Assembly (NCBI GenBank): GCA_913020725.1
Contig: CAJWCD010000020.1
Coordinates: forward strand, 1-32,672
Direction of reading: 5' to 3'
DNA: 32,672 nt
Origin: an uncultured Pseudomonadota bacterium
GTDB taxonomy: Bacteria; SAR324; NAC60-12
A model generated the notes under the pieces. The model ran no database searches. It was given only the letters and a program-made list of their open reading frames with translations, and had not been told where the DNA came from. Position 1 is the stretch's first letter. Each line of letters begins with the position of its first letter. Positions 25,975 to 32,672 of this stretch are shown piece after piece. The position numbers and the translations under genes are program-made.

Positions 25975-28974
25975 ATGTCCAAATCCGTACTGGTCCTTGA
26001 GGAAAACCTCGCAATTCAGGGACTGATTGCCTCTTCCTTGCCGCTTGGTTTACTCTCCTTGCATCAGGAGAGCGATCCGGAAACCTTTCTTCAGCAGGCG
26101 CGTGCGCTCAAGCCCGACCTCATCTTCGTCAGCAACGAGGACTGCAGCCGAGGCTATCAAACCCTGCGGCAGATCCGGGAAGACCGCGAACTCAGCAGCA
26201 CCCCGCTCGTCCTGCTCGTCAACGCCCGGGACCGTCTGGATCAGGAGGTGATGGTCGAATTGGGCGTGGAGGATCAGGTCCGCAAGCCCTTTGAGGCAGA
26301 CAACTTGCGTGCGCAGATTCGCAAGCATCTTTTGGAGAACCTGCCCAACGCTTTGGATTCTGACGCGGAAGAGCTCTCAACCAGCGTTGAGGAAACCCCG
26401 CTTTTTGACGAGGAAATGATGTCCCTCATCAGTGAGGCTCCAGGGATTGCAGAGGACGAAGCCGAGGTGCCGGAGATCGACTTTGCCTCCGATTTCGACG
26501 AGCCTCCTGAAGGGCAAGACGATGATGCGGAACTTGATGATCTCTCGTTGTCCGACCTTCCAGAACTGGCCGCCGAGGCCAAGGCGCTCATGCAGGGACT
26601 TGCACCCGTCGCAAAGCCTGCTTACAATGTGCAGGAAGCAGAGGGGTTTGGTGCAAACGACACGTTTTTTGAAGACCTGCCTGAATCCTCACAGATCATG
26701 GAAAAATCTCCGATACCAACGCTTCCAAAAGCAACTGAGGATTCCAAAGGATCTCGTATGACCGATAAAACTTCTGCCTCTGCCAACGACGAAGCGGATT
26801 TACAACTCGACGAGGAAATTTCCGCAAGCGACGGGGCGTTTCAGAATGACGAGGACTTCATTTTGGATGAAGATCTGGTGCTGGATGATGAGGTTGCCGC
26901 GTCTGCACTGGCCGAGCCGGAATCCGAACTTGATGCTTTGGATCGTCTGAAGGAATCCGGGCTTGAGGACCAAATGGCTCGGGGGCAAGGAACCGCAAGC
27001 GCAGGGGTGTTTGTGGGTTCTGGATCATCATGGGGCGATGCCTCCATGAATGGCATTGAGGGTTCGTTCTTTGAGAGCAATCTGGAGGAAATGGACGAGG
27101 AGACCGAGAATGGAGAAACTACCGCTGCCGAGTCCGAAGCGCTGGAGATCAACCTTGAGACGGTTGAGGGCGAGGCGTTTGAAGAGCTTGTGGTGTCCGA
27201 GGAAGACCTGAAGGAGGACGAGTTTGTTGATCTCGACTTCAGCGGGGGTCGGGATGTCCGTGGGATTGCGGATGAAATCGACTCCGCGAGAGCAGTGATA
27301 CTTGATGAGGCCAAACAGCTTGAGGAGACGGAAGAAGAACTAGAAACCGAAGCAACCGTTTTGGCGAAAGATGCGGAGTTTCTTGAGGAAGCCGAAGTCG
27401 AAATTGAGGCCGAGAAAGTTGCCTTGGTCGAAAAAGCTGAAGTCCTTGAGGAGGTTGAGGAAGAGTTGGAAACCGAAAAGGAGATGCTGATCGAAAAGGC
27501 GGTTCTCCTTGAGAAAGTCGCAGTCGAGTTGGAGGCGGCAAAAAGCGTTTTGAGCAAGGAGCAGGCGGAGGTCATCAAAGTCGAACTTGATGCGGAGGAA
27601 ACGGCTTTGGCCGAGGAGTCCGAACTGCTTGGGGAAGCCGAGGCGGAACTGAAGGCTGAGGAACTAGAGTTGCTTGATGAGGCCGCTCTCCTTGAGGAAA
27701 CCGAGGAGGAACTGCAAGCCGAAGCAGCCGCCTTGCTTGCAGATGCCGGACAACTTCAAGAAGAACAGGAGGAACTGCAAGCCCAGGAAACCGCGTTGGT
27801 TGAGGCAGTGGAATTGTTGGAAGAGGAGGCTGAGGAGATCATGGAAACCGAGGACGAGGTTTTTGCGGAGGACGCCGAGGTGCTTGATGAGTTGGAGCCC
27901 AGTTTGGAAACTGCCGAGATTGCAGACGTTGAGCAGAATCTTGACGAATTGGATGTCTATGCCGCTGCACCTGCTACTGCGGAATCAGGAGGCTCTGGCA
28001 GTGGTGGCAGTGCTTCCGGATCATCGGCTAGCGCTGCTGAGATGGACACGGTGCTGCTCGACCTGACGCCAGAAGATCATGCGAATCCTCCACAGGATTC
28101 GAGGGATCAGGTGATTCTTCCAGAAACGGTTGAGCATGTGGTGGCAGGCCCACTGACCACTACGGATGACCTCGATTCCTTCATGGAGGTCAGTTCGCTG
28201 GAAGAGATGGAGGCGGATGAATCCCTTGAGGAAATCGGTGCGGAAGAGGTTCGCTTGCTTGCTGATGAGGAAGTCGTTGAGGGGCTTGGCGAGGAGGAAA
28301 TGCTGGGTGACGATGATTTGGCCGAACTCCAGTCTCTCGACGAGGAAATGCTCGCTCTTGAAGAACAGGAGGTCGAGGCTCTGTCCGGGCTAGAAACGTT
28401 GGAGGATGAGGAGGATGAAGTCGTTCCAGCAATCTTTGTCGAAACACCAGACGAAGACTTGGCGACTTGGGAGCAAGCCAAAGAGCGTGTTCGTGAGTAC
28501 GCCTTGGAAACTTTTCAGGAGGTTCTGGATGAGGAACCGGCTGCGGCCAAAGAATCAACAGACGAAGCGTGGGAAGCCGCAGAGGAAGCCGCAGAGGTTC
28601 TGGAGGAAACGGCTCACCAAATTGCTGATGAAATTTCTCAGGAGGAACAAACGTTTGCCAACTGGGAGCAAGCCGAAGATGAGTTCATGCAGCATGAGCG
28701 CTACGCGGAATCTCCCGAACTGCAACTCGCTGGCTTTGGAGAGGAAAACCAAACGGCGGACACCGCCACGGTGCTCAAAGGCGACCTTGAGAAAATCATC
28801 ACCCGCTTGGTCGGTGAGTCGGTGGAAAAAACCCTGCAAAGCAACATGCCTCGCGGGGCACTGGAAGCCGCTGTGGAGTCCTTGGTGCAGCGCTCAGTTG
28901 CACAGGCGCTCGACAAGGCGATTCCAAAAATTATCGAGCAGATCATCCAAGGTGTCCGGGATCAGTCGAACTGA
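25975..28974 (+). CDS. Hyper-acidic 999-aa protein: N-terminal pseudo-receiver domain, D/E-rich low-complexity core with 21-aa repeats, C-terminal helical domain
   Basis: REC-fold pattern (SVLVLEE...KPDLIFVS...TPLVLL...KPF). Long uninterrupted ORF with strong Glu/Asp bias. C-terminal LEKII...AIPKIIEQII. Confidence 0.8.
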   Translation: MSKSVLVLEENLAIQGLIASSLPLGLLSLHQESDPETFLQQARALKPDLIFVSNEDCSRGYQTLRQIREDRELSSTPLVLLVNARDRLDQEVMVELGVEDQVRKPFEADNLRAQIRKHLLENLPNALDSDAEELSTSVEETPLFDEEMMSLISEAPGIAEDEAEVPEIDFASDFDEPPEGQDDDAELDDLSLSDLPELAAEAKALMQGLAPVAKPAYNVQEAEGFGANDTFFEDLPESSQIMEKSPIPTLPKATEDSKGSRMTDKTSASANDEADLQLDEEISASDGAFQNDEDFILDEDLVLDDEVAASALAEPESELDALDRLKESGLEDQMARGQGTASAGVFVGSGSSWGDASMNGIEGSFFESNLEEMDEETENGETTAAESEALEINLETVEGEAFEELVVSEEDLKEDEFVDLDFSGGRDVRGIADEIDSARAVILDEAKQLEETEEELETEATVLAKDAEFLEEAEVEIEAEKVALVEKAEVLEEVEEELETEKEMLIEKAVLLEKVAVELEAAKSVLSKEQAEVIKVELDAEETALAEESELLGEAEAELKAEELELLDEAALLEETEEELQAEAAALLADAGQLQEEQEELQAQETALVEAVELLEEEAEEIMETEDEVFAEDAEVLDELEPSLETAEIADVEQNLDELDVYAAAPATAESGGSGSGGSASGSSASAAEMDTVLLDLTPEDHANPPQDSRDQVILPETVEHVVAGPLTTTDDLDSFMEVSSLEEMEADESLEEIGAEEVRLLADEEVVEGLGEEEMLGDDDLAELQSLDEEMLALEEQEVEALSGLETLEDEEDEVVPAIFVETPDEDLATWEQAKERVREYALETFQEVLDEEPAAAKESTDEAWEAAEEAAEVLEETAHQIADEISQEEQTFANWEQAEDEFMQHERYAESPELQLAGFGEENQTADTATVLKGDLEKIITRLVGESVEKTLQSNMPRGALEAAVESLVQRSVAQALDKAIPKIIEQIIQGVRDQSN
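27292..27918 (+). repeat. About 10 imperfect 21-aa (63-bp) tandem repeats within the acidic protein
   Basis: Examples: AVILDEAKQLEETEEELETEA / VALVEKAEVLEEVEEELETEK / LELLDEAALLEETEEELQAEA / AALLADAGQLQEEQEELQAQE. Confidence 0.75.
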
Positions 28975-29486
28975 CTCGCGCCACTCCTTTCAAGCAGACC
29001 CTCTAAGCGCTGCTGGCGGGCCTGCGCCAGCTTCAGTACCCATCCTGACAACCTCTGTCGTGTCTCATCTGCCTCCGGATTGCAAAGCGGTTCGGCCAGT
29101 TTGAACGGCCCGGAAGTGCGCAAGAGCGTCTTCAGGCTCCCCCAGCCCAGCCCAGCCAAGCGTCCATTCCGGAGCAACACGGGCGTGAAATGTTTGGATT
29201 CCCAGTCGTCATCCAGATTTTCGGTGTCTGTCAAGTAGAGCAGCACGTCCAGCTGCAGGCCCACCGGATTGTTCAAGCACAACTCGGCGTGCGGGTTGCG
29301 CAGCACGATGTTCGTGAAATAACCGCTGCTGCCCGTGCGTACTTGCTGCCCCAGTTCTGCAAACACCGCCTCCCGGTCCATGCCGGAGTGGAGGTTTTCC
29401 AGAGCAGCACGATTAGCGGAAGCGTGGACCAGCCTTGCGAGGCGGCGGGACGTGGCCACAAATTGAGGAATGGGTGCAGCGGACAT
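28962..29486 (-). CDS. Hypothetical protein, DUF3192-like
   Basis: NRAALENLHSGMDREAV...LG...DVLLYLTD...D...FTPVLLRNGRLAGLGW resembles DUF3192. 3' end overlaps the convergent acidic gene by 13 bp. Confidence 0.5.
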   Translation of the reverse strand: MSAAPIPQFVATSRRLARLVHASANRAALENLHSGMDREAVFAELGQQVRTGSSGYFTNIVLRNPHAELCLNNPVGLQLDVLLYLTDTENLDDDWESKHFTPVLLRNGRLAGLGWGSLKTLLRTSGPFKLAEPLCNPEADETRQRLSGWVLKLAQARQQRLEGLLERSGASQFD

Positions 29487-29633
29487 GGACTTACCTGAGC
29501 ATTTAGGTTTCAATGTGATAGTATTCCGGAGTTGGTAGCAAGATCAATCTGTTAAGAATGTTTTTTCACGGGCACTTTTCACCTGAGGCCGTCTTTAGGT
29601 TTCAAGAATCCTTTCATTCTTCTACACAAACTG

Positions 29634-30395
29634 ATGAGAGATTTTCGTTTACTTCAAGGAACAGTAGCTTTGATTACCGGGGCTGCTTCCAAAAGAGGGC
29701 TAGGGCGTGCCATTGCCCAGTTGTTTGCAGAACAGGGGGCACAAGTGGTCTTGTTGGACCTAGATGCAGATCTATGTCAACAAGTCGCCGCAGAACTGGG
29801 GGGAGGCCACCTAGGGTGGCATTGTGATGTGACGAGCAAGCAACAGTGTTCCGAAGCCACGCAGCAGGCACTGGACACATTCGGCAAGATTGATGTGCTG
29901 GTGAACAACGCCGGAATCACGCAGCCGCTGAAGACGCTGGAAATCACGGAGGATAACTATGAAGCTGTTCTTGATGTCAGTCTTAAAGGTACTTTGTTGA
30001 TGTCTCAGGCAGTGCTACCTGCGATGCAGCAGCAGCAATCTGGTTGTATCATCAACATGTCCTCGGTTTCTGGACAGCGCGGAGGTGGGGTTTTTGGAGG
30101 CCCTCATTATTGTGCCGCCAAGGCCGGGTTGCTGGGGCTGACCAAGGCGATGGCAAGGGAGTTTGGTCCGGATGGTATTCGCGTGAACGCCATTGCACCC
30201 GGCTTAATTGACACCGACATCACTCAGGGAAAACTGACTGCGGAACTGAAGCAGGAAATCACCAAAGGAATCCCGTTGGGGCGGTTGGGAGCCGCGAGTG
30301 ATGTTGCACGGGCCTGTTTGTTTTTAGCCTCGGAATTGTCCGATTATATCACCGGATCGGTCATTGATGTCAATGGCGGAATGCACATGTACTAA
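29634..30395 (+). CDS. Short-chain dehydrogenase/reductase (probably NAD-dependent sugar/polyol oxidoreductase)
   Basis: ITGAASKRGLG, LLDLD, NNAG, catalytic YCAAK, IRVNAIAPGLIDT. Confidence 0.92.
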   Translation: MRDFRLLQGTVALITGAASKRGLGRAIAQLFAEQGAQVVLLDLDADLCQQVAAELGGGHLGWHCDVTSKQQCSEATQQALDTFGKIDVLVNNAGITQPLKTLEITEDNYEAVLDVSLKGTLLMSQAVLPAMQQQQSGCIINMSSVSGQRGGGVFGGPHYCAAKAGLLGLTKAMAREFGPDGIRVNAIAPGLIDTDITQGKLTAELKQEITKGIPLGRLGAASDVARACLFLASELSDYITGSVIDVNGGMHMY

Positions 30396-30407
30396 ATCAG
30401 ACAGACT

Positions 30408-31259
30408 ATGCAGCAAAGAGCGATTCACGAGGTCTCAACCGAGACCTTGCAGGATAAGGCAAAAATGGTACGCCGGGAAACAGTCCGACTTACAGATATC
30501 TGTGGTTCGGGGCACTATGGCTCAGCATTTTCAATAGCAGAATTGCTTGCCGTGTTGTACTACCAGTTGCTACACTTGCGCCCGCAGGAACCGGAGTGGA
30601 TGGGCCGAGATCGGTTCACGATGGGAAAGGGGCACGCAGCCATCGGGCTCTATCCGATCCTTGCGGATCTTGGCTTTTTTCCAAAGAGCACTCTCGACAC
30701 CTACACCAGACTGGGGAGTCCGCTGGGTGATCATCCAGACATGCGCAAGGTGAAGGGGGCAGATTTTTCTTCCGGTTCCATTGGACACAACTTATCGGTG
30801 TCCGTGGGGATGGCTCTTGGACTCAAACGGCGCCAGTCTCCAGCACGGGTGGTCTGTCTAATGGGCGATGGGGAACAGGCCGAAGGACAGGTTTGGGAGG
30901 CTGCGATCTCTGCAGCGCACTACAAACTCGACAATCTTGTCGGCATTGTAGACATCAACAAGGTTGGTTCCGATGGCCAGACCAAAGAAATCATGGACAC
31001 TCATCCCTTGACAGACAAGTGGCGGTCATTCGGTTGGCATGTCATTGAACTGGAGGACGGGCATGAGCTTCAGCAAGTTTTTAACAGCCTGAACGAAGCT
31101 CTAAACGGTGAACAGCAACTTCCCACTGTGGTCCTTGCTGACACAGTGGCAGGCAAGGGCGTGTCGTTCATGGAAGGAACTTGGGAGTGGCATTTGGGCT
31201 TTCTAGGCCCTTTGGATTTGCAGCAAGCGTATGCGGAAATTGCAAAAGGATTGGCATGA
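30408..31259 (+). CDS. Split transketolase, N-terminal (TPP-binding) subunit
   Basis: SGHYG, RDRF..GKGHA, GDHP, GDGEQAEGQVWEA...N, DGH, GKGVSFME...WH. Confidence 0.9.
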   Translation: MQQRAIHEVSTETLQDKAKMVRRETVRLTDICGSGHYGSAFSIAELLAVLYYQLLHLRPQEPEWMGRDRFTMGKGHAAIGLYPILADLGFFPKSTLDTYTRLGSPLGDHPDMRKVKGADFSSGSIGHNLSVSVGMALGLKRRQSPARVVCLMGDGEQAEGQVWEAAISAAHYKLDNLVGIVDINKVGSDGQTKEIMDTHPLTDKWRSFGWHVIELEDGHELQQVFNSLNEALNGEQQLPTVVLADTVAGKGVSFMEGTWEWHLGFLGPLDLQQAYAEIAKGLA

Positions 31260-32254
31260 ACACAAAGGCCTATCGCCCTGCTGGTACACAAGACCCTGCA
31301 TCTTGGGACATGGTGGGCGCATTGAACTTGTCCAAGCAGCTTACGACTGGACGGGTTCTGGCTGAACTGGCGGAAGAAGGACATGACGATCTGATGGTGT
31401 TGACTGCAGATTTGGGACGCCCCACGCAGGTAAAGGTCTTCGGGGACAAGTATCCGGATCGTTACTTCAATTTTGGAATTGCAGAGCGCAACATGATTGG
31501 CGCTTCAGCAGGATTGGCAACCACTGGCTGGAAACCGGTAATTTCCAATTACTCGTTCTTTCTCGCGTTGATGGGGGTCGAGAACATCCGAAATGATATC
31601 TGTTACCCGAATCTCCCGGTGCGAATGGTGGGAACCCACTCTGGAATCGCGATGGGTTTTTACGGCACATCCCATCACTGCAACGAAGACATTGGCGCTC
31701 TGCGGACGCTAGCCAATCTAACGCTGATGGCCCCATGTGACGGAAACGCCATTGCTGCTGCCCTGCGGGGTACGATTGAACACGAGGGGCCAATCTATTT
31801 CCGGGTAGGTCGTGGTCGGGAAGCTGTGGTTTATGAAGAACCGCCCTCGTGGAAGATCGGGGGATCCAATGTCATCTGTGAAGGCAGCGATGCCACACTG
31901 CTGGCCATCGGTAATTTGGTCAAGGCCGGATTGGACGCGCAAAAACTTCTGGGCTCAGCAGGAATTCGACTCAAGGTGGTGGACTGCTATTCGATTCGGC
32001 CAATTGACAAACAGCGCATTCTGACTGAAGCCGCAGCGCATTCCGTTCTCTTTAGTGCCGAAGAGCATAACGTGACTGGAGGATTTGGAGCGGCGGTGGC
32101 AGAGGTTCTCGCTGAAGCTGGAACGAGTACAAAGTTGATCAAAATTGGCATGCCGGATCAGTATTCTATCTTGGGGCCGCCTCTGCACCTTTACCGGCAT
32201 TATGGAATGGACGGTGAAGGCGTGGCAAAAGTCATCCGGAGCTCCTTGAGGTGA
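31256..32254 (+). CDS. Split transketolase, C-terminal (pyrimidine-binding plus C domain) subunit
   Basis: TADL, FGIAERNMIG, GTSHH..ED, GPIYFR, EEHNVTGGFG. ATGA overlap with the previous gene. Confidence 0.9.
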   Translation: MNTKAYRPAGTQDPASWDMVGALNLSKQLTTGRVLAELAEEGHDDLMVLTADLGRPTQVKVFGDKYPDRYFNFGIAERNMIGASAGLATTGWKPVISNYSFFLALMGVENIRNDICYPNLPVRMVGTHSGIAMGFYGTSHHCNEDIGALRTLANLTLMAPCDGNAIAAALRGTIEHEGPIYFRVGRGREAVVYEEPPSWKIGGSNVICEGSDATLLAIGNLVKAGLDAQKLLGSAGIRLKVVDCYSIRPIDKQRILTEAAAHSVLFSAEEHNVTGGFGAAVAEVLAEAGTSTKLIKIGMPDQYSILGPPLHLYRHYGMDGEGVAKVIRSSLR

Positions 32255-32429
32255 AAAAATATTTTAATGATGAAAAACCAAATGAGCGACCAATAGCGAT
32301 CATGCTTGTGACATTGCTTAAGTTTGGAGGCCCATGAGCGATTTAGCGTGAACGGGATATTTTTATGTATTGTGAGGATAACAGCTACTGAGTCAATCCC
32401 TTTTCTAGTTGAAATTCTCACATCACCCT

Positions 32430-32672
32430 CTAGGCCGCATTGGCCAACATTTGTTGTTGATTGCAGGCATTTATAGCCGAGCGTAATAGATTGTGCCGTC
32501 CGCAGGCGGTTTCGTTGAGGACGTCCTCAAAGCCCGCCTTGAAGTTGCGATAAATGCCGCGACTCCGGAAGACCTTGACTCCGGCGATGCTGTGTTCGAC
32601 GCGCACCCGCACCCTTGAAATGCGGCGGTTGGCCTCCTTCTCCTCCGGGGTCAGTTCGTCGCGCTCATCTGC
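32430..32672 (-). mobile_element. 3' fragment of an IS5-family (DDE_Tnp_4-type) transposase, possibly decayed
   Basis: Frame is open to the window edge: ELTPEEKEANRRISRVRVRVEHSIAGVKVFR...YRN...ETACGRHNL, a typical C-terminal catalytic-Glu (VEH) region. Composition shifts to high GC near 32490. Confidence 0.75.

Noticed and set aside
27292..27918. 63-bp periodicity considered as a CRISPR array
   Set aside because: There is no invariant repeat-spacer structure, the periodicity is at the protein level inside an ORF, and no cas genes are present.
32430..32490. Terminal inverted repeat of the IS element
   Set aside because: The other end is outside the window, so no repeat pair or target duplication can be verified.

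Overview
This 32.7 kb window is mostly housekeeping DNA from a moderately GC-rich bacterium. Gene content and protein style suggest a deltaproteobacterial or SAR324-like lineage (inference only). In order it contains: a 5'-truncated caspase-like (C14) gene; a tightly packed 8-gene minus-strand run (cyclophilin-parvulin PPIase, CinA-like, gpmI, UDP-glucose dehydrogenase, DUF2322-DapD fusion, DUF29, kdsD, glpK); a eukaryote-type glutathione synthetase; mreB with a ~150-bp MITE-like insertion just upstream; HU/IHF; an orphan fliM; a Nudix hydrolase; a Bor-like lipoprotein; a glnB-ptsP-holA run preceded by consensus sigma54 and IHF sites; a TPR protein; TauE; a UvrD/PcrA helicase; membrane-anchored FtsY; LptF/G; a 999-aa hyper-acidic pseudo-receiver protein with 21-aa repeats; a DUF3192-like ORF; an SDR plus split-transketolase islet; and the 3' end of an IS5-like transposase. 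No tRNA, rRNA or CRISPR array was seen, and no complete new system can be proven from the sequence alone. The best leads are the eukaryote-type glutathione synthetase (near two other eukaryote-like enzymes), the RomR/PopZ-like acidic scaffold, the sigma54-linked PII-EI(Ntr) pairing, the DUF2322-DapD fusion and a FliM lacking its CheY-binding motif. All family assignments come from motif recognition by eye, not from database searches.
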